From positions 16,246,001-16,310,000 of the forward strand of contig CM059433.1 of assembly GCA_030390025.1 (NCBI GenBank): a stretch of 64,000 bases of DNA. Direction: 5' to 3'. Position 1 is the first letter of the stretch, and each line of letters begins with the position of its first letter. The DNA comes from Squalus acanthias. Taxonomy: Eukaryota. The position numbers and the translations under genes were made by a program. Shown piece by piece: positions 51,329-63,648 of the stretch. The notes beneath the pieces are model-generated. The model made no database searches. It had not been told where the DNA came from and saw only the letters and a program-made list of their open reading frames with translations.

Positions 51329-52072
51329 GGCCCAAAAATTAGTGCCGCTACGCGAGAGTACGCACTGTGTACTCTCGCGTATTCTGTCTCCAATTGCCGG
51401 TTTTCTGCATGCACTGCGCATGCGCTGAAAACCGGCACTTGGTGAATTCAAAAGGGGGCGGTTCCTAGGTGAACCGCGTGCGTGCTACAGGCTGCGCGCA
51501 CGCAGTGCACTTAGTGCTTTGAACGCGCAGGTAAGCATGGAACATTTTAGACATAAAGAAAGGAGGCGTAAGACCCTCTTTTAACAAGGTAAGTAGTTAA
51601 TTAAGTATTATTTTAAATTTTTTTTAACAGGTATATCTTTTTTAGAGACTTTAAAGACAGGTAAGTTTATTTTTATAACTTTTTAAAAGATTTTAAATTT
51701 TCTCAAAAATTTAATTTTTTGTTTAAAATGGTTAATTTATTTAACTATACTTATTTTATTAATGTGATGGTTTTTTTAAAAATTTAATTGAGGTTTAGCT
51801 GTTCTTTTGGGGGGGGGTATAGATTCATAGCTTTCACAGCACTTATGTGAAAGCTATGAATGAGAGATGGTGTGCTGCCATTGGCTCTAACTGAGTCACG
51901 TGATCCCACAGCTCGCACGAATTAACTGTGCCTGTGGGATACGGAAGCCCTGCACAGCTGCTGTCCAGAACATCAAGTTCGTGCGAGCTCGGACTGAAAA
52001 AGCCAGCGCGCAGTGAGAGATCGCGGGGAAGCCTTACCCTCGCACGAAGGCTCACTCACGAATTTTTGGGCC
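51329..52072. mobile_element. Harbinger-like MITE
   Basis: Perfect TIRs ggcccaaaaatt/aatttttgggcc and TSD ATT. Confidence 0.8.
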
Positions 52073-52329
52073 ATTATGTCCAACTATCCTTAGAAACTTT
52101 ACAAAAGGGACATGTTAGAAAATGTATTTTAGACTGCTTCCCCATTAATAAGTGAGCAATAAACCCAAGGATGTTTAAAATAGAGCTTGTAGCAAAAAGA
52201 CAACTTTACTTAATCCAAATCCTAAACATTTAAAATGTTGCCTACCTTCCATTATGGTATCTTCAGCATAATTGGCTCCAAGCCTGTGGAAAAAATCTTT
52301 TTTCTTTTTGTCATTTCCCCTTAATTAAG

Positions 52330-55294
52330 GTGCCAGCCTTGGATCAGTTGGTAGCACTCTTCCTCCCTCTAAGTCAGAAGGTCATGGGTTCAAGCCCCAC
52401 TCCAGAGACTTGAGCACATAATCCAGGCTGACATCAGTGAACTACTAAGGGAGTGTTGCACTGTTGGAGGTGCCGTCTTTCAGATGAGACGCTAACCAAA
52501 GCCTCATCTTCCCTCTCAGGTGGGCGTAAAAGATCCCATGGCACTATTCAAAGATGAGCATGGGAGTTCTCCTGGTTTCCTAGCTAATATTTAGCCAATG
52601 TCCCAGACTCCTCCATCACCATCCCACCAGCAGGACAGACCCACCAGAGGTGGCGGCACAGTGGTGTATACAGTCGGGAGGGAGGGAGTGGCCCTGGGAG
52701 TCCTCAACATTGACTCCGGACCCCATGAAGTCTCATTGCATCAGGTCAAGCAGGGGCAAGGAAATCTCCTGCTGATTACCACCTACCGCTCTCCCTCAGC
52801 TGATGAATCAGTACTCCTCCATGTTGAACACCACTTGGAAGAAGCACTGAGGGTAGCAAGGGCACAGAATGTACTCTGGGTAGGGGACTTCAACATCCAT
52901 CACCAAGAGTGGCTCAGTAGCACCACTACTGGCCGAGTCCTGAAGAAAATAGCTGCCAGACTAGGGTCTGCAGCAGGTGGTGAGAGAACCAACACGAGGG
53001 AAAAACCTACTTGACCTCATCCTCACCAATCTACCTGTCGCAGATGCATCTGTCCATGACCGTATTGGTAGCAGTGACCACCACACAGTCCTTGTGGAGA
53101 CAAAGTCCCATCTTCACACTGAGGACACCCTCCATTGTGTTGTGTGGCACAACCACTGTGCTAAACGTGATAGATTCAGAACAGATCTAGCAGCTCAAAA
53201 CTGGGTATCCATGAGGCGCTGTGGGCCATCAGTAGCAGCAGAATTGTATTCCATCACAATCTGTAACCTGATGACCTGGCTTATCCCTCACTCTACCATT
53301 ACCATCAAGCCAGGCAACCAACCCTGGTTCAATGAGGAGTGTAGCAGAGCATGCCAGGAGCAGCACCAGGCATACCTAAAAATGAGGTGCCAACCTGGGG
53401 AAGCAGCAACACAGGACTACATGCATGCTGAACAATGGAAGCAGCATGCTATAGACAGAGCTAAGTGATCCCGCAACCAACGGATCAGATCAAAGCTCTG
53501 CAGTCCTGCCACATCCAGTCGTGAATGGGGGTGAAACATTAAACAACTGACAGGGGAGGAGGCTCCATGAACATCCCCATCCTCAATGATGGCGGAGCCC
53601 AGCACGCGAGTGCTGAAGCGTTTGCAACCATCTTCAGCCAGAAGTGCTGAGTGGATGATCCATATCGGCCTCCTCCTAAGGTCCCCACCATCACAGAAGC
53701 CAGTCTTCAGCCAATTCGATTCACTTCACGTAATATCAAGAAACGGCTGAGCGCACTGGATACAGCAACGGCTATGGGCCCCGACAATATCCCACCTGTC
53801 GTGCTGAAGACTTGTGCTCCAAAACTAGCCATACCTCTAGCCAAGCTGTTCCAGTACAGCTACAACACTGGCATCTACCCGACAATGTGGAAAACTGCTC
53901 AGGTATGTCGTGTCCAAAAAAAAAAGGAAAAAGCCAATCCGGCCAGTTACCGCCCCATCAGTCTACTCCCAATCCTCAGCAAAGTGATGGAAGGTGTTGT
54001 TGCCAGGACCACTCGGCTCCAGACCTCATTACAGCCTTGGTCCAAACATGGACAAAAGAGCTGAATTCCAAAGATGAGGTGTGAGTGACTGCCCTTGACA
54101 TCAAGGCAGCATTTGACCGAGTGTGGCATTAAGGAGCCCTAGTAAAATTGAAGTCAATGGGAATCAGGGGAAAGACTCTCCACTGGCTGGAGTCTTAGGC
54201 CCAATCATCTTCAGCTACTTCATCAATGACCTTCCCTCCATCATAAGGTCAGAAGTGGGGATGTTTGCTGATGATTGCACAGTGTTCAGTTCCATTCGCA
54301 ACTCCTCAGATAATGAAGCAGTGCATGCTCGAATGCAGCAAGACCTGGACAACATTCAAGCTTGGGCTGATAAGTGGCAAGTAACATTCGTGCCACACAA
54401 GTGCCAGGCAATGATTATCTCCCAAAAGAAAGGGTCTAACCATGGCCCCTTGACATTCAACGGCCTTACCATCACCGGATCCCCCACCATCAACATCCTG
54501 GGGGGTCACCATTGACCGGACACACACATACTGTGGCTACAAGAGCAGGTCAGAGGCTGGGTATTCTGCGGCGAGTGTCTCGCCTCCTGACTCCTCAAAG
54601 CCTTTCCACCATCTACAAGGCACAAGTAAGGAGTGTGATGGAATACTCTCCACTTGCCTGGATGAGTGCAGCTCCAACAACACTCAAGAAGCTCGACACC
54701 ATCCAGGACAAAGCAGCCAGCTTGATTGACACCCCATCCACCACCTTAAACATTCACTTCCTCCACCATCAGCGCACTATGGCTGCAGTGTACTATCTAC
54801 AAGATGCACTGCAGCAACTCGCCAAGGCTTCTTCGGCAGCACCTCCCAAACTCACAACCTCTACTACCTAGAAGGACAAGAGCAACAGGCGCATGGGAAC
54901 ACCATCACCTCCAAGTTCCCCTCCAAGTCACACACCATCCTGATTTGGAAATATATCGCTGTTCGTTCATCGTCGCTGGATCAAAATCCTGGAACTCCCT
55001 CACTAACAGTACTATGGGAGTACCTTCACCACACGGACTGCAGCGGTTCAAGAAGGCGGCTCACCGCCACCTTCTCGAGGACAGTTAGGGATGGGCAGTA
55101 AATGCTGGCCTTGCCAGCGACGCCCACATCCCAGGAACGAATAAAAAAATTATTTATCCCCAATCAACATCTCTAAAATAGATTATCTGGTCATTATCTC
55201 ATTGGTGTGTGTGGGACCTTGCTGTGTGCAAATTGACTGCCCATTTTCCTACATTTTAATAGTGACTACACTTCAAAGCACTTAATTGGCTGTA
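52330..55294 (+). mobile_element. SacSINE1-like DeuSINE split by a LINE (parts 52330-52593 and 55151-55294)
   Basis: The two halves rejoin into the SINE sequence seen at 2041 and 56980. Confidence 0.8.
52594..55150 (+). mobile_element. CR1-group LINE (APE plus RT, disrupted; exact clade uncertain)
   Basis: ORF pieces with GDFN, SDH, YRPISLL, GMFADD and YKAQVRSVMEYSPLAW. Poly(A) end and TSD tattta (52588-52593 / 55151-55156). Confidence 0.88.
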
Positions 55295-55649
55295 GTAAGC
55301 AGAGAGACATTTATGTCATTTATCATACTTGCTTATCATAAGTATATATTTATCCCGCATGTTCAGTGACGTAAGAAAACTACTAGGCACTTGGTCTAAG
55401 CGTTAAACAAAGCTTTAATCAACTGTTTTTCAAGGAGATCTAGTTGTGTCCTTCACTAGTTCCTGTTAAAGAATGTCCTGAGCAAGCTGGGCCCATGCCC
55501 AAGTATTTATACTCTCCCTGGACAGCACCACCAGCAGGCCGCCCAGTATTATTTCATAAGTCATTTCCACATAAATGACAAGATTCATGTCATTCAGCAT
55601 TATGGCTTTTGAATGAGTTTCCCTTGTTCTCTACTGAAGTGTTCAACAA

Positions 55650-55960
55650 AACCTCCCCTGGTCAATTTGCACAAGCTGATTCTGTCTATCTTTGAAGTTA
55701 GTCCTTTTGAAATTGTATACCTGGCTCTGCGTCCTCGGTATTTCTGAATCCGAGATCATGTCAAACTTGATTCTTCTAGTTTCGCAGTAATCCAGTGGTA
55801 CCACAATTTCCATTTCCTGTATGTTATCTAGATAAATTGCCATTACCAAGCTAAGATTTGTACTAATCTTGAGATTAGTGGGTTTTCTATAGTCCAGTAG
55901 ATTTCTGTGTAAAAACTTGTTTGTGTTTTGACCAATTCTAAGCCTCAATGTCTGAAAATC
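55650..55960 (-). mobile_element. Very old CR1-like ORF2 fragment
   Basis: ORF 55643..56026 (IKFDM...VYNFKRTNF...QLVQID) resembles the post-endonuclease region of the 14.8-15.3 kb CR1. Confidence 0.4.
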
Positions 55961-56188
55961 CAAAAGTGGGGGCCCATGGATTCTCGCTGAAAATTCTCTT
56001 AATGTGACTTGCTTTCTCAGTTGCATAACTTAACCTTTCCTATTGAATGTAACATTTGAAGAATATTGACTACCAGAACGAGTGACAAGTAATAAGACAT
56101 TTAACAAAAACAAACATAAGTATGTTTAAGTTTAAAGTTAAAATGATCTGTATTTTATTGCCACTTTGAATAATATTATAAAAGACAT

Positions 56189-56390
56189 GGGGTAGATTTT
56201 CATTTTTATTGCCTGGGCCAAATGCAGAAAAGAAAAGCTGGTTCACATGCTCCTAACAGAACCCGTTGGATTTTAATTCTATTAATTTCAATGGATGGCA
56301 AATTTGACACGTTCTGTTACCAGCGTTCGAACCTCCCCACCGATCATCCTTTCTGTGCTCTGCCTAGATGGTAAAGGTTAAAGTCTACCC
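56189..56390. mobile_element. Decayed palindromic Harbinger-like MITE
   Basis: Ends gggtagatttt/aaagtctaccc and an internal taacagaa/ttctgtta inverted pair. Confidence 0.5.
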
Positions 56391-56602
56391 TATACTTCTA
56401 GCATTTTTATTGAGCACTGCTTAAGATGCAGTCAGAAACAATTTTCTGACATGCCAGATAGAGTCCAGAGAAGTGTTTCCAAGTCCAATAACATTTCATA
56501 AATGAGTTCAAAATAAATTGTAAAAAAATTAAATGACTCCAACACTCAACAGCTTGAGAAAGTTTTAAAAGTTTTTTTTAATCGTGTTGAGCAGTAAAAT
56601 AT

Positions 56603-57469
56603 AAGAAAAGAAAGTAGTTACATTTATATAGTGCTCATAACATGTCCTCAGGATTTCACAAAGTGCTTCACAGACAATAAATTACTTTTGAACTGTGGTC
56701 TCTGTTGTTATGTAGGGAAACATGGCAGTCAATTCATGCAAAGTCCCACAAAGAGCAAATGAGATAAAGGACAAGTTCATCTTTTTTTGGTGGAGTTGGT
56801 TGAGGAACCAGTGTTGGCCAGATCACTAGGACAACTTCCCTGCTGTTCTTTGAATAGTGCCATGGCATCTTTTATGCTCACCTGAATAGGCAGGCAATGC
56901 CTTCATTTAACATCTCGTGACACCTCTGACAATGCAGCACTTCCTCAGGTCTGCACTAAAGTATCATCTTAGATTATACATGAGCACAAAAATCCAGGCT
57001 GACACTCCAGTGCAGTGCTGAGGGAGTGCTGCACTGTCGGAGGTGCCGTCTTTTGGCTGAGACGTTAAACCGAGGCCCCGTCTGCTCTCTCAGGTGGACG
57101 TAAAAGATCCCATGGCACTATTTCGAAGAAGAGCAGAGGAGTTATCCCCAGTGTCCTGGCCAATAATTATCCCTTAATCAACATCACTTAAAAAAAAAAA
57201 GAGATTATCTGGTCATTATCACATTGCTGTTTGTGGGAGCTTGCGGTAGGCAAATTGGCTGCAGCACTTCCTATGTTACAACAGTGACTACACTTCAAAA
57301 AGTACTTCATTGGCTGTAAAGCGCTTTGGGTCATCCCGAGGTCGTGAAAGGCGCTGTATAAATGCAAGTCTTTCTTTTCTTTTTATATGCTCAAGTACAG
57401 GAGTGGTGCCTAAACCCACAACCTTCTGACTGAGAGGCTACAGTTTTGCCAACTAAGCCAAGCTGACAC
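56603..57469. mobile_element. Nested DeuSINEs: old copy on - (56603-56978 and 57383-57469) interrupted by a younger 5'-truncated copy on + (56980-57382)
   Basis: Both match the SINE at 2041-2476, in opposite orientations. Confidence 0.8.
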
Positions 57470-57528
57470 CTAAAAGGAGAGTTGTGTAAATGGAACACAT
57501 TAGCCCTGATTTCAACTCTGGTCATGAA

Positions 57529-60500
57529 TCTTCTCTTCTACTTAGGCAGTCCCTCGGAACCGAGGATGACTTGCTTCCACACTAAAAATTAGTTCTTAGG
57601 TGACTGATGAGTCCAAGGCGGGACCTACAGTCTCTGTCACGGGTGGGGCAGACGGTGGTTGGAGGGGCGGGTGGGTGGGGTTCTTGGGTTGACGTGCGCT
57701 CCTTCCGCTGTTTGCGTTTGGCTTCCGCTTGCTCCCGGCGAAGAGACTCGAGGTGTTCGGCGCCTTCCCGGATGCTTCTCCTCCACTTTGTGCGGTCTTG
57801 GGCCAGGGATTCCCAGGTGTCGGTGGGGATGTTGCACTTTTTCAAGGAGGCTTTGATGGTGTCCTTGAAGCGTTTCCTCTGCCCACCTGGGGCTCTCTTG
57901 CCGTGTCGGTGCTCCGAGTAGAGCGCTTGCTTTGGGAGTCTCGTATCGGACATGCTGACGATGCGGCCCGTCCATCGGAGCTGATCGAGCGTGGTCAAAG
58001 CTTCAATGCTGGGGATGTTGGCCTGAGCGAGAACACTGCCGTTGTTGCGCCTATCCTACCAATGGATTTGCAGGATCTTGTGGAGGCAGCGTTGGTGGTA
58101 CCTCTCCAGTGCTTTGAGGTGCCTGCTGTACATGGTCCATGTCTCTGAAGCATACAGGAGGCGGGTATCACTACTGCTCTATAGACCATGAGCTTGGTGC
58201 TGGGTTTGAGGTCTTGGTCTTCAAATACTCTCTCCTCAGGTGATCGAAGGCTGCACTGGCACACTGAAGGCGGTGTTGGACTTCGTGATCGACGTCTGCC
58301 CTTGTTGACAGTAGGCTCCCGAGGTATGGAAAGTGGTGCACGTTGTCCAAGGCCTCCTCATGGATTTTGATAATCGGGGAGCAGTACTGTGCGGCGGGGG
58401 CAGGTTGGTAGAGGACCTTTGTCTTATGGATGTTTAGTGTAAGGCCCATGCTCTCGTGCGCTTCAGTGAAGGTGTTGACGATGGTTTGGAGTTCGCCTTC
58501 AGAGTGTGCGCAGACGCAAGCGCCATCTGCATACTGTAATTCGATGACAGACGATGGGACGACCTTGGGTCTGGATTGGAGGCGACGGAGGTTGAGCAGT
58601 TACCCGTTTGTTCTGTAGATTAGCTCCACTCCAGCGGGGAGCTTACTGAGGGTGAGATGGAGCATTGCAGCCAGGAAGATCGAGAAGAGCGTTGGTGCAA
58701 TGACATAGCCTTGCTTGACCCCGGTCCGTACGTGAATTGGGTCAGTGGTGGATCCGTTGGTCAGGATCACGGCTTGCATGTTGTCGTGAAGCAGGTGGAG
58801 GATGGTGACAAACTTTTGAGGGCAGCCGAATTTGAGGAGGACACTCCATAATCCCTCGTGGTTGACAGTGTTGAAGGCCTTTGTGAGGTCAAAGAAGGCC
58901 ATGTATAGCGGTTGGTGCTGTTCCCTGCATTTTTCTTGTAGTTGACGCACAGTGAAGATCATGTCCATTGTGCCCCTTAGTGGGCGGAATCCGCATTGCG
59001 ACTCTGGGAGGAGCTCTTCAGCCACTGAGGAAAGGCGATTGAGGAGGATTCTTGCGATGACTTTCCCTGTGGCAGACAGCAGGGAGACTCCTTTGGATTT
59101 ACCGCAATCGGACCTGTCACCTTTCTTGAAGATGGTCATGATTACGGCGTATCTGAGATCCCCTGGCATGCTCTCCTCCTTCCAAATAAGAGAAATGAGT
59201 TCATGTATTCGCGTCAATAGTGCTTCTCCTCCATGTTTTAGCACCTCGGCGGGTATTCCATCTGCTCCTGAGGCCTTGTTGTTCTTCAGTTGTCGGATGG
59301 ACTTTTCAACCTCATGCCGGCCTGTGGTTGTGCTGAGGTGGTGGCAGGTAGCATGCTGCGGGATGGAGTTGAGGACACTCGCGTCGAAGACAGAGTCTCG
59401 GTTAAGGAGATCTTCGAAATGCTCCTTCCAGCGGGCACTGACTGCCTCTCTGTCCTTGATGAGTACCTCTCCGTTCTTGGCCCACAGTGGGGTAGGACCT
59501 TGGGTGCTTGGGCCGTAGGTGGTCTTGACTGCGCTAAAGAATCCACGCACGTCGTGGTTGCCGGCTAGCTGCTGGATCTCCTGCGCTTTCTCCACCCACC
59601 ATATGTTCTTTAGGTCACGAGTTGTTTGTTGGACCTCGGCCTTCAGGCGTCTGTAGAGCTGCTTTCTTGCTCTCGAGTTCTGTTGCTGTTTCCAGATCAG
59701 GAATGCCTTGCGCTTGCGGCTTATTAGCTCCTGGATCTCCTGGTCGTTCTCGTCGAACCAGTCTTGGTGTTTCCTGGTCGAGTGACCGAGCGTCTCTTCA
59801 CAGGTGCTGATTATGGAGGCCTTAAGTGCAGACCAGGCGCTGTGGGCACTCTGTGTCTCTGCATCACTGGGAGTCGTCAGGTTGGTTGTGAGGCGCAGGC
59901 TGAATAGGGCTTTCTTAGCGGGGTCTTTGAGTGCTCCAGTGTTGATTTTCCTGCGGCATTGCTTCTGTTGCCGCCGCTGTTTTGGGGCTACGTTGATGGA
60001 GATGACAGAGTGGATTAGGCGGTGGTCTGTCCAGCAGTCGTCAGCTCCTGTCATGGCGCGCATGACGCAGACGTCCTTGCGGTCCCTCGCTCGGACGATG
60101 ACGTAGTCCAGCAGATGCCAGTGCTTGGAGTGAGGGTGTTGCCATGAAGCCTTGTACTTGTCTCTCTGACGGAACAAGGTGTTGGTTATGACAAGGCCAT
60201 GTTCTAAGCATTTCGTCAGGAGGAGGGTACTGTTGGAGTTGGCTTTCCCTACCCCCTCTCTGCTGATCACACCTCCCCAGAGGCCTGTGTCCTTTCCAAC
60301 TTTGACGTTGAAGTCGCCAAGGAGGATCAGCTTGTCGCCCGTTGGGACTCGGGATAGGGATTGTTCGAGGCTGGAGTAGAATTCCTCTTTGGTCTCGTCT
60401 GTGGCTTCCAGTGTTGGGGCGTACGCACTGATGACTGTAGCGCACTGGTTCCGGGCTAGGGTGAGCCATAGAGTCATGAGGCGTTCGTTTATTCCACAAA

Positions 60501-60910
60501 GGGAGTCTCTGAGATGTTCAACTAGCTCAATTTTTATGGCGAAGCCTACCTCATGGAGGCGGCGTCATTCTTCAGGTTTGCCTTTCCAGAAGAAGGTGTA
60601 ACCACCACCTTGCCCCTTGAGCTGGCCTTCCCCTGCCCGCCGGGTCTCGCTTAGGGCGATGATATCTATGTCAAAACGTCTGAGCTCCCTGACAACGATA
60701 GCAGTACGGCGTTCCGGTCTGTCGCTGTTGGGGTTGTCCATGAGGGTCCTGACGTTCCAGGTCCCGAACTTCATCTTAAAGGGCGGAAGATGCCTGTGCG
60801 TGAATTCCTTTAACGTGGGCTGGCCGTTGCACACCAGCTACCACACAGGCTTGACAGAGCAAGGTCTTGGTCCAATGGCAAGGGAATCCAAGACGATTGG
60901 GTACCAGGCT
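57529..60910 (-). mobile_element. Near full-length RTE-clade LINE (APE plus RT), disrupted
   Basis: ORF begins MKFGTWNVRTL at 60774 (IIALSETR, YAPT, LGDFN, DH, ESQCGFR, GVKQG). 625-aa open segment 58600..60477, stop at 57582, GAA-type tail. Confidence 0.93.
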
Positions 60911-61130
60911 CTGCTACATCAGCCTAGCACACACATACAAACATACTCCTACTGTCCTCCTCCCTCCTTCCCACGGATCCTCTCTGCCTGGGTTTCATAG
61001 GCTGCAGTGTGGTCCTCCCGACCCCGTTGCTGGTCCACACTGCGCCACTCCTGGGCCTTGACCTTGCCGCTGGACTCGTCTCGTCCCAGGGCCTCGCCTC
61101 CTCTGGGTCCTGACCTCGCTCCTGGGCCTT

Positions 61131-61232
61131 CCTTCTACACTAGCCCATCAAACACTCCCAAGTCAGGTACAGCATGAGTTAGATACAGAGTAAAGCTCCC
61201 GCTACATTATCCCATCAAACACCCCAGATAGG
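61131..61232. repeat. About 1.5 units of a roughly 68-bp tandem repeat
   Basis: ctacactagcccatcaaacactccc recurs as ctacattatcccatcaaacacccc. I recall this unit as common in shark genomes; not verified. Confidence 0.5.
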
Positions 61233-61849
61233 GGAAATACAGGAGTAATAATTTCCAACGAACAACATATGATGCCCTTGGATTTGATGAGCCTGTCTGA
61301 GCCACACGATAACCCGACTCCACTGTGCTTGTGTCACAATGTGAAGTTATGTGGAATGCAACTGTGCACATCAACCTGGCAGCCTAGGTGTTAAAATAGA
61401 AATGGCCTTCACTGGGAATTAGCCAGAGGGTGTACAGGCTCCCTTGATAATTCCTTGGAATGCTGCTGCTCCGACGCTTTTGTACTCAAGGCTGCGGTGT
61501 ATTCGTACGCAGTGCCCATCGTGCACCAAAGAACAACCCATCAGCTACCCCAGACCTTCTCTCTGATGGTGTCATGTCATCGTGAATTAGTTCTGTTTGC
61601 ACAGTGAAATGCTTCGCATCAGAAAAATGACCAGAGAAAAAAATATATCTGCGTCTGCATCTGTGGAATCTTAACTTGTCAGGAAAAATAATTGGAATGT
61701 CGCCAAAGAAAGAAAGGACTTGTATTTAGCGCCCTTCACAATCTCAGGATGTCCCAAAGCACTTTACAGCCATTGGTCATGAATCAAGCCGGCGGGGGCA
61801 GGGCCAATCGATTTTCCCTCCTGGGCCTAATTTCCATCTGATTGTTGGG

Positions 61850-62345
61850 TACCTTGCACAAACTTGCATGATCGTGGACATTAATGGAGTGGTAGTCTCT
61901 TTTGTTGACAACTGGTGCTGGCTGGTGTTCTGGTATCCTGATGGGAACATGTGTGCAGCCAATAACGCCCTGCACGCGAGGGAAGCCGGTCACTGCAGCA
62001 AATCCCTGAGCACTCTCGTGTTGACTGCTGAGGTCAGTTTGGAAGATGATGCACTGTTCAGCCCTGGCGAACAGGCTTTCGGTGACCTGCTTAATGTAGC
62101 TGTGTACTGCAGACTGGGAGATGCAGATGATGTCCCCAGTAGCAGACTGAAGGGAGCCCGTGGCAAAGAATTATGATCTCCCCCCCCAGTCCAACAGACA
62201 GCAGGTCCTGTTGCAGGAGGCTAGAGGCCTGCAACAGCTTGCCTGGAGAAGCATAGCTGTCTGCTGCACTGCTCTTCAGATAGATCCAAGAAAGTGACTC
62301 TTGACCTGTACACTGTGTGCTGGGTATGGCCTCCTATGAGCAGCA
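61850..62345 (-). pseudogene. PIF/Harbinger DDE transposase relic
   Basis: Minus-strand pieces RRPYPAHSVYRSRVTFLDLSEEQC and GFPRVQGVIGCTHVPIRIP...VNKRDYHSINV resemble the DDE_Tnp_4 motif G(A/V)IDCTH...NRKG(F/Y)HSINVQ. The catalytic Asp reads Gly, and frameshifts are present. Confidence 0.8.
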
Positions 62346-62680
62346 CCCCTATTGTCTACTGATGAATCCAGCTGCTGCTGATTCTGGCTTCTACTCCTCT
62401 TCCATCCAAATGAAACTAGCAATAATAAAGCACCTTTGAAAAATGTGCAGTTACAATGGCGGCGAGCGGGAGGTCATCTGGAACGTATCAGTAAGTACTG
62501 TACTGCTATTTGAACCAACTGCCTGTCCCAATCCCAGCGGGCAGGCAGGATAAGGTCAGGGCATATTGTGTTTGTGAATATACATTTTAGCCAGCTCTTT
62601 AGTCATTCAGTATGTTATCAGAAGTCAGAAATTGCTGTTTGTGATTAGTTAGGAGAATCTTGAGTTTGTATTGGTGCAAT

Positions 62681-63648
62681 CTCATAGCATCATAACGGCA
62701 CAGAAGGAGGCCATTCGGCCCATTGAGTCCGCGCCGGCTTTCTGCAGAGCAATCCAGTCAGTCCCATTCCCCCGCTCTATCCCCGTAGCCCTGCAAGTTT
62801 ATTTCCCTCAAGTGCCTATCCAGTCTCCCCTTGAAAACATTGAGTGTCTCCGCTTCCACCACTTCCGTCGGCAGCGAGTTCCAGGTCCTCACCACTCGCT
62901 GCATAAAAAAGTTTTTCCTCACATTCCCCCCCCCCCTGTATCTCTTGCCCAAAACCTTAAATCTGTGTCCCCTAGTCCTTGTACCATCAACTAGTGGGAA
63001 CAGCCTTTCCCTGTCTAGCCTATCCAAACCTGTCATAATCTTGTACACCTCTATCAAATCACCCCTCAACCTCCTTTGCTCTAATGAAAACAAATCCAGC
63101 TTCTCCAACCTGTCCTTGTAGCTAAGATCCCCCATCCCCGGAACCATTCTGGTAAATCTCCTCTGCACCCTCTCGAGTGTCTTCACATCCTTCCTAAAGT
63201 GTGGTGACCAGAACTGGACGCAATACTCCAGTTGTAGCCTAACCAGTGCTTTATAAAGGTTCAGCATAACTTCTCTACTTTTGTACTCAATACCTCTATT
63301 TATGAAGCCCAAGATCCCATATGCTTTGTTAACCACTCTCTCAATATGTCCCGCCACCTTCAGGGACCTATGCACATTGACTCCCAGGTCCCTCTGTCCC
63401 TGCACACTCTTTAAAACTGTGCCATTAAGTGTATATTGCCTCTCCCTGTTCCTTCTGCCAAAATGCATCACCTCACACTTCTCTGTATTAAATTCCATTT
63501 GCCACTTGTCTGCCCATTCTGCTAGCCTTTCTATGTCCTGTTGCAGTCGATTGATGTCATCCTCACTGTTTGCCACACCCTCAAGTTTGGTATCATCGGC
63601 AAATTTAGAAATTCTACTCTATTCCAATATCCAAGTCATTTTTATATA
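62681..63648 (-). mobile_element. CR1 LINE 3' portion
   Basis: ORF 62758..63576, same subfamily as 29764-31013. Interrupted at a TA by the MITE at 63649. Confidence 0.92.

Noticed and set aside
50972..51445. 157-aa ORF as a stand-alone gene
   Set aside because: Only 51019-51181 is exon; the rest is intron and MITE read-through.
58600..60477. 625-aa ORF as a host or domesticated gene
   Set aside because: It is part of an RTE ORF with stops and frameshifts on both sides.
60820..60930. HDV-like ribozyme at the RTE 5' end
   Set aside because: I could see only hairpin pairing (cagagc/gctctg) and could not fit the P1-P3 nested pseudoknot by eye.
61850..62345. HARBI1 host gene
   Set aside because: Fragmentary and frameshifted, with the catalytic Asp lost; better explained as a transposon relic.
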